Under the pieces are notes generated by a model that saw only the letters and a program-made list of their open reading frames with translations, did no database searches and was not told where the DNA came from. A stretch of DNA of 64,000 nt from Felis catus (Eukaryota): assembly GCF_018350175.1 (NCBI RefSeq), contig NC_058368.1:183398001-183462000 (forward strand), given 5' to 3'. Below are positions 12,966 to 26,909 of this stretch, in pieces (the stretch's first letter is position 1; each line of letters opens with the position of its first letter). A program made the position numbers and the translations under genes.

Positions 12966-13491
12966 GTGTATATTAAAGAATCACATTAAAATAATGAAAA
13001 TAGAGGACAGATACAATTTCACTTCTACATACCCTTGGAACACTGAGATCAGGAAAGAATAACCCAGTACAATAATCAATAATAAGATAGTTCTAATTCT
13101 TTCATCAAAAATAATTTTAAATGACCGTTTGCAAAACGCTTGTGACAGTGTAACAGTATCTAATGTCTTTAGCACTGCATATTTTAAGAACTCACAATAG
13201 CTTTTACTTAATGTTAATAAATCTGTCACTGATTTAGGAAGGAGAAAAAAAAATCTTGACTTAGAATAGTGGCCAAGTAAGGGTTTAAGTTTCTGCAAAA
13301 GAACACTGCTGGAATTTAGTCCAAAGCCCTTAAGCCGGCTAGGCAATGAATTCACCTTCTGGAGACAGAGAACACTTCACATTGCTTAATAACGGGGCAC
13401 TCACTAAGCATGTGATAGTCAACTCTGTCAAAAGCAAAAGTCAAAGAGCTGCTGCCACTTCTACATTTCAAAATAAATAGGTGGATGAATA

Positions 13492-13510
13492 AATAGATAG
13501 ATACATAGAT

Positions 13511-13562
<52 letters not shown>
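13492..13562 (+). repeat. (GATA)n-(GACA)n tetranucleotide STR
   Basis: Read directly from the sequence. Confidence 0.95.
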
Positions 13563-13563
<1 letters not shown>

Positions 13564-14311
13564 GAATCCTATTTAGTTTACTGTTAAGACAGAGGGAGTT
13601 TTCCTTTTGTATTCTAAGGGTAACTTAATCCATTCCCTTTAAATATTTGATTTAAGCAAGGACAATAAGCATTTCTGACCTTTAACAGATAAAGGGTGTC
13701 TGCTGAGACACCTCTGAGACACATATTCCTACTTTAAAGGTGAAATTTTGTATACAGGACAACAAAATTAAAAAAAAAATTGACGATACAGTTCAGCTGT
13801 TGAATTAAGCCAAGTCTTACTTAATCTCACTTTAAAAAATAAGAAAGAAATTACTAAGACTTTTAATATTATGTTATACTTGGAAAAGTATAAATTTCCT
13901 CAGAATTTTAAGGGAGGTGCCATAAAAAACACTAAACATTTTTGGGGGGATGAAAATTGGGAATGCTTAACCCTTATGAACATCTTAAACAGAATGTAAA
14001 ATTTTAGGACGTTAAGTTTGGGAGAGAATTTAGAAATAAAGACTAAGGCAGACAGGCAGGAAGAAAGGATTATCAAGGATGGTGAAGAAGTTTCATGCAT
14101 TAGATGGGTTATGGTATTGTCATCATATTTAAATAGCACCATGCTAGAAGTTTAATGTAAAGAAATGCATGTTTAATATCAGGGTATATCCGTGACAATG
14201 AAAACATAGGTCCCTGATGTGAGAACATGCAATGCTATTAAAAACTGTGTTGCTGGTGTTAACATTTTTTTTAATCAACCGAACAGCAATTAAATATATA
14301 GAATAAATGGC

Positions 14312-14457
14312 AAATTTGAATTCAAATAATTTTTTAAATGTAGTACAGTATAAGTATGTCCAAAGTATTGCATGGGTCATATTCATATTAAAAGTTTTCC
14401 ATTGTTTCTCTGAAATTCAAATTTAATGAGATGTCCTGTATTATATCTGGCGACCCC
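14312..14457. mobile_element. MER53-like palindromic MITE remnant
   Basis: agtataagtatgtcc...attgcatggg...ctgaaattcaaatttaa...gtcctgtatt...atctggcgacccc matches the recalled MER53 consensus. Confidence 0.75.
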
Positions 14458-14749
14458 ACATGCCTTTTTATTGCTTTTATTTCCACTAACAGTGTCAGGT
14501 TTCAGAAAACTTGTGGCCACTTATGTTCAATTCCAATTGAATTAATTCAATTCCAAACCAGAAACATTTGAATTTGAGTTAGAAAGGACAAAATGGGAAG
14601 GGGAGTTGTTCGAAAGGGCTTAACTTGAACAAAAAAAGATTCATATACTTGTTATTCATTCCTCTCTGTAATTGTGTCCCTGAGGCAACATAAAATAAAA
14701 CACATTGAAATCTTTGGAATTATTTTTGGGTGGTGGCCACATAATATCC

Positions 14750-14990
14750 CACATGCTCTGGAAGCCAAGCAGTGCTCCAATTCAAACCTGACAGATCGGG
14801 CCACAGAAAAGCTCTCTAAGAATCAAAACATCAGTTAACCTCTGTGTGTCTTACTTTCCTCATCTATAAAATGAGATGTTGATGGCTTCAGCCTTATAAT
14901 TTGTTGGGAGATTAAGTAAGATAACAAGTAGAATGGAGTTAAGACAGGGACCAAAACATAAAAATTCACAACTGCCAGCTACGGTATTGA
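14750..14990 (+). mobile_element. MIR
   Basis: aacctctgtgtgtcttactttcctcatctataaaatg...gagattaagtaagataa. Confidence 0.75.
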
Positions 14991-16854
14991 TATTCCTTCT
15001 GTAGTTGTTATAATTATTTAACCAATGTTATCATTACATTACTACATTATTCTTATTATTGTAACTGACTTATGGGGGTAATGCCTGTGACTGAGACTAA
15101 AACCGGGAGTTTGGGTGTTTCTTTGACAAAAGTACTCATCCTGTGAGAACAAGAAAAAGCAAATATTTAGATATATGACTCTACAAAGCTATTTCCTCAA
15201 AGAGCTTCCTAGCAGTAAAGAAAATTTGAAAACTTTCCAGCCCTTACAAGTTTACTGCTAATTATACATATTTGTTTTATTTTATACGTCCCTATAAATA
15301 AAAATATAACTGCAAACGAATTCATCAAAAAATTGGCAGTGGATCTCAAAACTGGTGAAGGGGAAGGTATCTCCTTAAAGTAGAGTGACCTGTGATTTGC
15401 CAATTCATAGTTAAGGCTTTAATCTTACACATTTTCTCTGCATACTAAATATCAAGGGGCTATCAAAATCTTGGTGTATTTAGTTGGCAGATTCTAGGTA
15501 AATTCTGTACCTCACAACCACAGATATTCAGTAGTGCTGGAAATTATTGCCTCACCTCGTTTTCATATCCACCCACCTACCCATCCAAAACCAGATGGAG
15601 TATCTGCTAATGATTCTTTTCTTCATTTTTTATATCCCTTTGGCAGGGGGAACTCATGAAGATGATAATTTTAAAGTATCCTAGGTTTCCAAGAGTCCTG
15701 CATTTTACTATAAGTTGCATTTATTGAACAAACTTAAGAGCCAGATTTCAAGTTTTTCGAATTTCTTTACTAATGTAAGCAACAGTGAGGTAAAAACAGG
15801 TTACCTTTCCAGCAGTGGAAAAGCTTTTTGCAAAGTTACTGATAAGTCTAAAAAAAGATGGGATATGTTTTAGAAAATGGTTGATGAAAATCACTGAGTG
15901 CATAAGTATTTATCTTTTCCTTTCCTTGAATCAGAGACATCCATATAATTTACATGCTTTTCTCCTACCTTCGATAACAGATAATAAATGTTAAGTGGGA
16001 CCTCAGCATATATTAAGCACTTGGATCCTATTCAGACAGCTTCCTCACTCTTCCTGAGCATCTCTGTAAACTAGGGAAACAGGATACATCACAGATCAAT
16101 TCAATCAATCAACTTTAATCATAACAGAGGAATTAAGCTGCTTTTCAGGCATGATGCAATAGAGAAAATTGCTTGGAGATTTTTTTTAAGCCACCAAACA
16201 TCCCACAAGGGCTGTCATTTTGCTTCTACATCTGCTCTCTATTCCAGAAGTCTGCATTTTCTTGAGCAATGTACAAGACAGGCTGAAGCAGTTGGAATCT
16301 GGGGGCATAATGAATGCATTTTATGTCATTTTAAACACACCCAGGATCGCTGACAAGAAATAAAAACAGAAAGTCAAAATCTTTGCTGAAAGAGACAGAG
16401 CCCCAGAAGGATTTTTCCCCTCCATTATTTGTTGCTTTGGGTTATGTCAGTTTATTTTATGGCTGCAGTAATTTTAAATGCGTTATCCTCTCCTGTGAGA
16501 TGCACTCTTTCAACTTTGCTGGAGGCGAGCTTGAGGGTCTGATTGATGGTCAGATGTGAGCACACATATGTGTACACACACATCTGACTATAAAACATAT
16601 AGTAATTTATCATTTACTTTTGGTAGGCGTGTTCTCTCTGCTGTTTTGTTCCTGATTCTTGGGATCAAACCTTTCATGCTACATAGAACTACTTAATGAT
16701 TTTCTTGAATATACATTCTTTCTCTGTCTCTGTCACTGTGTCTGTCTCTCTCTGTCTCTTTCTCCCTCTCTCTCTTAAACACACATACAGAGGAAATAAT
16801 TCAAACAACCTTTAGCATTAGTGCTATTCTCTTTCCTTAAAAAAAAATATTTTA

Positions 16855-17100
16855 GGGGCATCAGGGTGGCTCAGTTAGTTGAGCATCTGACTTTGGCTCG
16901 GGTATGATCTCACAGTCTGTGAGTTCAAGCCCTGCATTGGGTTGAGAAAAGCCCTGCATTTCTGTGCTGAAATCTCAGAGCCTGGAGCCTACATCATTCA
17001 GATTTTGTGTCTCCCTCTCCCTCTGCCCCTTACCCACTCGCACTTTGTCTCTTTCTCTCTCTCTCTCTCTCAAAAAATAAAAAAAAAATATTTAAAATAC
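16855..17100 (+). mobile_element. Can-SINE with short internal duplication
   Basis: SINE head, body and tail; aagccctgcatt repeated at 16927-16938 and 16949-16960. Confidence 0.92.
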
Positions 17101-17899
17101 AAATAAATAAAAATTAAAAAATACCTTAATTACTATTGGCTCTAAGAAAGGTAAGAAATTACTTCTGAAATACCTGGATCTGCATATTTCAAATCAAAGA
17201 ACAATAATAAAATAAGCTACCTAAACTCTTTTATATAAATGAAGTCAAAGTGCTGTAAGATTTCTCACCTCTTACTAACTCTAAAAGTCTATTTCATGAA
17301 CATATAAACATTTTCAATTTAATTAATATGAGCAAAATAAATGCCACCGTCAGGTTACAAAAAAAAAAAAAAGAGGAAGAAGCAAAAAGAATTTGCCACT
17401 TGAGCAAACCTTTCTCCTACCAGTTATAAAATTCTTTTCAGCTAAAATGTTTGGCCTAACAATAAAAGTTACACATAAAATAAATTTAAAAAACTATATT
17501 TGCTCAAAATATGAAAGTACCAGATAATGTGATAATAGTGCAGAATTTCTGACTCCAATCAACTTAGAAAAATGCAGATTATTTATCTAACACCAAGAAA
17601 CTCAACTGAGAACAAAGACAAATTATGAGTCAAAAGACCAGAAGTGAACTTTGCCAAAACATTTTACGTAAACATTCATTGTTAAAAATTGTGATTTTTA
17701 CTTTTTTAAATTATTATTACTTTCCTGTTCATGGCCTAGAGGCAAAAAAATACTCCCTCGTGTTTCTATGAGTTGATGCTGAATCAACATTTACTGCCTT
17801 TTCTTTTCATTACAGCACAGTTTTCTTGAGTAAGTCTCCCTTACTCCTATCTCTCTATAACCGATTGTGGGTCAGCAGGAACTAATACAACTCCAAGTG

Positions 17900-18115
17900 C
17901 AAGGTTTTTCAACCTTGGCATTACTGACATTTTGGACTGGACAGTTCTGTGTTTTCAGGTGTGGCCTGTTCTGTAAATTGTGAGACATTTAGCAACATCC
18001 TTGGCCTCTACCAACTAGACCAGTGGCAACCTTCCTCTTAGTAGTAGCAACCAAAAATGTCGTTAGAGATAAAAAAAAAGTTATACTCCCCACTGCCTCA
18101 CACTTTGAGAATTAA
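17900..18115. mobile_element. MER20 hAT MITE
   Basis: tcaaccttggcattactgacattttgg...tttagcaacatccttggcctctacc...caaccaaaaatgtc. Confidence 0.85.
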
Positions 18116-21041
18116 CTTAGAGTCCATGGCTTATCAGGTGGGATTTTTCAGAACCAATCAGCACAATATCAAAACTTCCAGGAAAGTAGAGTTCTTAAAC
18201 GTACCGGATTTAAGTTTTGAGTTGATTACTGATGAATTTGGAGAAAATCTTAGAATGTAACCAAAATGGTAAGAAAAACAAAACAAAACAAAGCAAAATA
18301 AGCTACTGAATGGTGGAGATGGGTAGATTTATGATGATATTTGTAGATGTATATACACCTAAAACTAAAGCCAGAACTATCCTTGAGTTTTTTGGATGAA
18401 CCCAAAACTTTTCTCCCCAAATTTATGTCATGTTTGAAGTGGTTTCTCTCACTCACCTGATTAACAGATTTATTATTAAAATCAATTATCTCATTTACAA
18501 AGCTTTCTAAATTGCTGACAATAAGTGCAATATACATTGAGTGCTTCAAATATGTAGTTCTGCATCCATACTATGTACAGAAAAACCATGTACATTATTT
18601 TTATAATGTTTATAACTGATGATTGAAGTCAAATGATAAGGAGTTTTCAACTTTTCCTTTCTAATCACTCCCAAGTATGGTTATTCCCAATAAATATGAT
18701 GCTTTAGGTGTACTGGTTACACAAATGGGAAATAGATCATCTGAAGGCTAACATGCCCTATGTACATTTTTTTTTTCTTTCCATGTAGGGTCAGATAAAA
18801 CTCAGTCAGCATCTCATAACTTTAAATTGTCTTTTAAAAAGATATGCAAATAAGATTTTCTGCACAAGTATTGAATCAAAATCACAGTTAACCATTATTG
18901 CAATCCTGACATTAAACAGGTTTACACATTTACAATGAGAATCAGGAAAAAGAAAACATGGAAGACGATTCACATGGGAACCCACAATTGCTCCTCACTC
19001 ATTAATAACTAAATAAAACAGTACAAATCCTGCTAAAGTCCTTTGAACAATAATGAACATAAAAATGATTTCATAGATTTTGCTCAATTTGGTATTGTTT
19101 CATGCTACTTAAGGAAATAAAACTCCAAGACTTATGAAGTCTAAAAATAAAATATATGGTTGCACAGAGTATGAATTTACTCTTTTTAACAACTGTCTGT
19201 TTTTTCCCCAGTAACTAGAATAGTCACTATAACTTTGAAACAATTAACTGGCAAAGAAAAAATTGTGAATTATGCCAAATATTTCTTCATTCTGCGGTAC
19301 TTCATTCAATACAAGTGTATTGAAATATAAACATTTTAAGGAGAAGGAAAACACATGCCCAGAAGTCATAAGAATATTCTCAAATAGTTGTTTTATTTGT
19401 GTTGATTGTTGAATCATGTTAATGATATCTTATGGCATTGTCGATACCTACTTTGTCAACTTGTTTATATCCTATGAAATCATTTAGAAAGAAGACACAA
19501 AATTATCTATCAAGGTGAACTTAACTATAAAAATCTGTACATTTTGCTGTTAGTTGGAGGACTAACTAATGCATTATGTGGTGGTCTTCTTGTTTTTTAA
19601 TGCTGAGAACCCAAATGATATTTTCTTCTTAACAAAAGTAGAAAAATAAAATAAATTTCCATTAACCTTTTTCCTATCAAAACTGCATGTTATCATGCTT
19701 TACTTCACCTACCTTATATAATATAAGCATCAATTCCAAAAAAGAAAAGCACAATAATGCAGTTTCCCTCCAGGTTCTTGGAGAATTATTGCCTTTAAAG
19801 TGAAATGCTTGCTATTTAAGGCTGTTTTAATTATTGGAGTCTTTACAGATTATACAAATATGCAAGACTTTTTCACTTTTTTTGTCTCACTGCATATTGC
19901 TAAGCAAACAAACAAACAAACAAACAAGGGAATTCTATCCTTACATTTCATGAGGGAAAGAATACCAAGAGAGCTTTCTAAGTTCATTTAAAGTCTGAGA
20001 AGCCTATTGTACCCATTTTTAAAACCTGATCAAAATTCAGTCTGTTGTTTATTACTGAATTATGTATCTCTGAAGCATAAATGTGTTGGCTTTAGAAAGT
20101 TACAAATTAGTGCATTTCCATATGACTTGGGAAAATGTAATTTTAACCAATTTTCTTTGGGGTGAAAAAATATTGTGTGCATTATTTTATAACACAAGAG
20201 AGCTGTCAGCCTACATGGTCATCCAATTTCTGTGAGAAAGAGAAAAGAAGAGCTTCCTTGCATCTCAAATGGTTAGCAATAAAGCTTATGCTTTTCACAT
20301 TAATGCTACTGATAACCTATAAAAATGCTTGCTTGATACACTTTATTTTGCAAAAGAAAATGTGGCAAGTTCTAACAGAAGAATGTGGTACCTTCTTCAG
20401 CAGATACTCCATTTCTCACTCCATTATCTTTAATTCAAAAGTGTGAAACAGTATTTGAAATTGTCCTGAAACTTATTATTTTTAATCCTTTTCAGATATG
20501 CTGATTTCATTGTATTCTAGGGGAGTTTCCTTTCCACCAGCTTCTCCTGTCATCTCCATGTTAGTGGGCTGACATTCTTTCTACTGTTAGTCAGTTAGAC
20601 ATTCTAAAAATGCCAATTTAAACAGTAAAACATAAGACCTACAATAATATTGGTGAAAAAAAATCCATTAAACATGACTGCATTAAAAAAGATAAGTGGG
20701 TATGCACAAGAAGAGAAAGGAAAGGAGAGCAGGAAATGTAATAATGGGATAAAAGTAGATGAGAAATTAAAATGGAAGGAAGAGTACACAGGAAAGGAAA
20801 GAAACAGATGAAAAATGAATGTGGAATGACAGAAGAATTTTGGAGGCAACATGAATCCTATGAAATCCACTAGTGAGTGGAACTTAGAAGGCACTGCTTT
20901 TGTTATGTATACATATTACTTGACATGCCCTTTGTGGGGGGTGTTTCCTAATGTTTGAAATGAAAATATCAATTTCAAGTTGTAGCTATAAGACCTGGTG
21001 ATATCTATATAATGACAAAAGATGAATTAATATTTACCTAT

Positions 21042-21213
21042 AGTAGTTGTTTTCAACTGGGGGTACTGTTCTCTCCCAGAGGACTTTCTGGTTTCATAAC
21101 TGCAAGGGCATCTAGTGGGTAGAGGCCAGGGATGTTACACACGCACAGGACAATTTCCACAACAAATAAATATCTGACCCAAAATATCAATAGTGTAACA
21201 ATGAGAAACCATG
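21042..21213. mobile_element. MER20 hAT MITE (opposite orientation to the 17.9-kb copy)
   Basis: ggcatctagtgggtagaggccagggatg...cacaggaca...cacaacaaa...tcaatagtg. Confidence 0.85.
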
Positions 21214-21704
21214 ATCTATATTATTAATGATTCCTTTAAGAATGGTTAAGTGAACCAAGTTTCTAATTGATGTGTGATTTGAAAGCACTTTACCATGCCC
21301 AAATGCCCATTTAAATCTCAAGTTAGACAAACCCATCAATGGCTTTGCACTGATGTAAACCATATCCTACATGAATTACTCTGAAGGGCACTTCAACTCA
21401 ATAAGCATTCACGGATCACGGGTTAACAGAGATACACTCAGAGTTCTGGGTGCCTTTAACACCAAATTCAAGTTAGTTTAATCAACTGCATCACAGAATA
21501 AACAAGTATAGATGACAGAGTATCTATCTTTTGAAGTGGAAAGATTGCAAACAGACAGACAAATGGTATTTCAAAATGCCCCTGATCTGGTTGTGCCAAG
21601 ATGACCAACAAAATATTTAACTTCATTTTCAGGAGTAAATAACATGACATGAGATAGAAGGTGATTATTTTTATTACATGACAGGCCAACCTTAGGCCAG
21701 AGAA

Positions 21705-21865
21705 CCCTTGAGAATGGTGCCTTTTAATTTTTATATGCCTACAAATCATCTGGGATATTTTTAAACAATAGATTTTGAATCAGCCAGTCTAAAGTTGGGG
21801 ACACCTATTTTACATTTCTAATAAATTGCTGGATGGTGCTGATTGATACTTTGGTCAGGCACTAG
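21705..21865. mobile_element. MER5-like remnant
   Basis: aatcatctggga...gattttgaatcag...catttctaataa...gatggtgctg. Confidence 0.5.
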
Positions 21866-21930
21866 AATTGCTCTTTTTTTTTTTTTTTTTTTACTATTAT
21901 AGAATAAAACAACAGCATTCTAAAGGCAAA

Positions 21931-21931
<1 letters not shown>

Positions 21932-21971
<40 letters not shown>
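21932..21971 (+). repeat. (CA)n microsatellite
   Basis: Read directly from the sequence. Confidence 0.97.
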
Positions 21972-21975
<4 letters not shown>

Positions 21976-24089
21976 TATTAATGATGCAATAATTTCATGG
22001 GAAAAATTAGAGTTCTTTCAAATAGTTTCCATAGATTCATTTTAATTTAAAAGTTGTTTGCTTAAGTAATACCTGAGTAAATCCTAATTGTTTTTTTTTA
22101 AAAGAGTATTAATAAAACCAAATACCCTTTCATAATTTAATTATCCCACCACCCAGTCCTTTCTTCTTCAGCTCTACCAGTATCTCTTCTTCCTCCACCC
22201 CACCCAGAAATAAACACTAATTTTATCAGTTTGGTTTATACTATTCCATATTTTTTTCTATGCATCTGTAAACATATGAGTCCAACTATTATACAATTGT
22301 TAAAAATTTTATAAACTAGTAATCCAAAATATATGTATATTTTCACATGGGAACTAGACTAGAAAACAAATCTAGAGAAGAAAAGGATATGTATATGATT
22401 TTACTGGTTTTCTATTTTCTATGGTTTTGAAAATTGTTTGAAAAAGGAAGCAAAGTTATTAAAATCTGTGTTTGTTCTTTACTTTGTTAGGGGTTTCCCT
22501 ACAACTGCAGCCTATGCAGAGAGGAAGACAGAAATTGTGTTCCATAATGACAGGGCTTATTTTGCCTTGTTTGTCAGATATAATTTAGTCTCTTTAGAAA
22601 TGATTTGTTCCAAGAAGATAATATAAAGCGACAGTCAACATTTCTTCTAGACCACAACGTCCATAAAACGCTCAAAGAACACAACTTCAAATTACTGTCT
22701 TTAAACTTTTTAAAATTTATTACCAAATTTATGATATTCAAGCATATAATTCTTGGTCTCTCCTTTCTGATTTTGTTGCCTTTTAAGCAAATCCATGACA
22801 GTTTGGACAAATTTTAATCTTTCATTTGGCATTCTGCAGACAAAGTTTTAAATACCACAGGATGTATGCAGGTTTTATCATGAATAGCACCGATGCCACA
22901 TTATATTGTGCTGAGGGTCCACACACAGTGGCTGTTTTGAGTCAAGCCTGTAGCTCACTTGGGTATCATCTCCATGGTAACTTGTTTACAAGGGCTGAAA
23001 TACAAGCTGAAAATTCAAGGTTAGCTTTTCCTTTGTTGCCGTTTTGATGTTTTTGGCAATTGAAATAATGTGGGTATAAGACTTGATTTAAACAGCTTCA
23101 TGGCAGGCTGAGTCAAAACAAAACTCCATACAAAATGTGCTTTCTTCATCTCCATTAAAAAAGAGAGAATTCAAAATAATATTTAATCAGAACCATCAGT
23201 TATATCTTCCTGTCATTCCAAAACAGCAGGCCTCCTGCTGTACTTTGGAAGCACATCTTGGGAAATAGGTTTAAGGCTTCCTATCTCTTGAAGCAATAAT
23301 GTTTTTTGTGCAAAATGTTTTGCCTTAGATGAAGAGTTTAGTTTATTTTAAACCATTATTATATTGGGGGAGGGGGTGGACAGTTTTAGAACCTATGCTA
23401 AAGTACTTCATCCTCATGTGGATGGGCCTTTTGTATTCTAAAAATTGACTGCATTTTAAATATTACAAAAAAAAATTCTACTCAAAATTAGTGTTTCTCA
23501 AAAATAATTATAAAATGACCCTGATTATAACATTGGTTCAGTGGGATATTTGTTTTGATTATGGAAAATTTTAATTTAGATTATTTAAAAAGAACTGCTA
23601 TTTTGAGAATAGCAAGTTATAACCCAGAATGATCTTAAATCTACAGTATTTGGTTCTTCAAATAAATTTCCACTAAACAGTAGAGAGTAGAAAAATAATG
23701 TTATATACCTTACCTGCTATTCATAATGTCTTTATGAATCTTCATAAACATTTAAAGAATTCAATATAACCTCTGAAAACCAGACCAAGACACCCACTAC
23801 TATATTTTCACTAAAATTTCCTTCAGGTAGAATATAACTGATATGGAAATACAATAATGTGTCTATTAGCATAAAGGTAGTAATCTAACCAAAATCAAAG
23901 GCAGACTTAAGACAGAATTTGAATTTGGAGTCGGAATTCCTTTAGTAAAAATGATGGAATGATGAGGCGTATGCTTAATTAATGCTAGGAATCAACTCAT
24001 GAAGGAATCTCTTCCTCTTAGACTCTTGACTAAATCCTCTACTCTGCTCCTCTCAGTAATCTTGATACAAAATCAAACTGTCTACTAAA

Positions 24090-24182
24090 ATCATTGGTTT
24101 GTTACTTATCAGTCTCACCATTCACCAATTATCACAGTGCCTGATATAGGAAGACAGACAATAATATTTGTTGACTAAATAC
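24090..24182 (+). mobile_element. L2 3' end remnant
   Basis: cacagtgcctgatatagg...aataatatttgttgactaaat. Confidence 0.55.
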
Positions 24183-26909
24183 CTGCTTTTGTAATAGTTG
24201 GTACTATTTCTAAGGCTTTGTTAGTAATGTAGATGTGGCTACTACAATCCCTGTCATGAGTTTATTTTTGCTTTCCCAATATGGATGTGTGGGGAGAAAG
24301 GACAGACAAGTACTTCCCAATATACTCTAGAGCATGTAGACTCAGACCTTGCCTTAATTCCTCATCCAAGCCTTTCCCCCACATGAAGACACTTCTCCCT
24401 GCACCCCCACCTCAAACTGCATTCAAACTTCATGATGATTCTTCCCTTCAGGTACAGCTAAAGAATGGATTTCACTCTAATCGTAATTTCTGAGCATATC
24501 ATTTGGGTGTAGTTTTTGTTCATTAAAATATCTTTAGTTCAAGGCATAGGAATGCTAGTGAATGCTGAAACTACAGTACTTAGAAGAATTTAACCTTACT
24601 TGGAATATTTGTTCCACCTTATTAAATTCTACCTGACTTCTTGACTCGCCTTTATCCATTTTTCAGTTTTGATCTTAACAATACTGAGGATTTTTTTTTC
24701 TGTTGCATTCTATGTTCCTTTTCCACAGCTTCTTAAGGTCAAGTCAGTTTTCCCATGCAATACCCATTCTGTTTTTTATTCTTACATTTCAAACATTAAA
24801 CATACATAGTTTACTATTAGGAAAAGAATATAAATCAAATGCCTGATTATGAAATAATTTTTTTCTAAATTACCTTTTGATGCAAGACTGAAGTATCCTA
24901 AGAATGACCTCAAATTCAATGAAAAAGTGTGGTTTTATCAACTTACTTCTCACATGGCTCAAACCAGAGACCAATAAAATCATTAAGAGTAACAAACAGG
25001 TGATTTGCACCCAGGTATTGTGGGTTTAATTATGAAATAAACAGCAAAGAAGATTTTTTTTTCCTTAATGAACCTGTATTAAAATAGATGCAACCAATGC
25101 CAGTGGTATTATAGAGGATGAATTGGAGAGAATCATTATATGTTAAGTCAACAGCATAGTTAAGAAGCAACATGATTCTCCCACCTTTTAAACTTTCCAT
25201 TTACTTTAATTAAGCTCACACTGCCAATTTTTTTTTCTTTTCAAAGATATAATAAAAATGATAAATTAAAAACTTGGATTCACTTCCACTTTTCTATTTG
25301 TTTCTTGGGAGGAATGATGGCATTAGAATAGAAAATCTGGAAATATGTGGTTTAAAATTACATTTAGCATAGCTCCAAACATATTATGAATAATTGTGTT
25401 AATTCTACAAAAATAAATAAAAGATATTGAAAGGGGAAATGCAAATAAGAGATAAAGAGCCTCAGATTGATTCCCCAGTCACAATGTCTGGCAGCTAACC
25501 CTGCCCAACACAATGAACAAGCCATGCATCATTGGAGAAGAGCAGATAAATGTCAGTCAAGCATGTTCACATGGCAGAGAGAATGTGATACCATTAACAC
25601 ATTATCACAATATGACCCTGCATATGAAGACCTACTTTTCCTTTCAAACTCCTCCATCAAATGGTATTGTGTGAATGGGAGCATCACTGTTTAATAATTC
25701 TTCATTCAAGCTTTCCTACTTGCCTGCAAAAGATTCTTGGAAACAACAGAATAAAGGTAACAACCCTCTGTTTTATTTGTTAGATTTAATAATTAGATGC
25801 ATTATTTTAATAAGAAATGAACATTCAAATGTAACATAAAACTTCAAAATACTGAATTGTTGAGATCTCTCATGACAGTCAATTGACTGGAAGAACTTTA
25901 AAAAATTCACACTCTAAATAAAAGAATTGATAACTATTCAATAAATCAAATCTATACTAATGACACCATAAACTTTAAGACAACTAACTAGCTACTAATA
26001 ATTAAAAATTCCCTTTCACTGGCTCTCCAAACTGAGTGGTAAATTAATATAACACAATGATAAAGAATTAATGAAAAATAGCATACATAGTCAAGGACTA
26101 AACTGTATGATAGTACCAAAAATACTATAGATTTGAGAATTATTAATGATTGGCCAGTCAATAAATCTTTCATGGAAAACAGAACTTTGTATTTTAACTT
26201 GAATGTTTAACATTTGAATTGGTAAAATTTTATTTATACAAGGATAAAAATGAACATTATATTCAAAGAAGTGAAAAGTGCCTTTTATGACAGAGAAAGA
26301 AAAATAATCTCACAAAGGTACAAATGTCTGTTAGGCAGACATGGCTGAAAAGGTAATGTGGGATCCAATTACTTCACCCATTGGAGCTAGGTAGAGAATT
26401 TCAGACTTAAGTTTGTAACCAAATAATAATTCATGGTTTTGGAAAGATTACATTAGTGGGTGTTTTTAGAAGGAATAATGCATTTAAAGAATACCTGCAT
26501 GAAATGTAGAAATGAAGCTTGAGTCAGGAAGAGTATTTAAAGAGGCTTCTGAAGAATTCCTGTTTTGTTCAGTTTCGTAGCAATAAGAATAAAAAAAATC
26601 AGTCCCAAATCCAGAATTTGATGTCCTACTAAGTATATACAATGAATAAAAAGAATTGGTTAATATTTCAAATCGAAAATTTGAGTGATAAGGAGAATAT
26701 AATCTCAATGGAAAAATAGCATATTTAATATAATGCAAAGTTTTGAATATCCTCTTGATACACCAGTAGGACAATACATCTTATGGTTATTCCCTAGCTT
26801 TAAATCAAACTCCTGCTTCAATGGTCAGAAATGTTCTATCAGCTTCACTTAAGTTCCAGTGTTCTGAGGCCACCAATATTCCCAAATCTACTTTCAAGTT
26901 TATTATATT

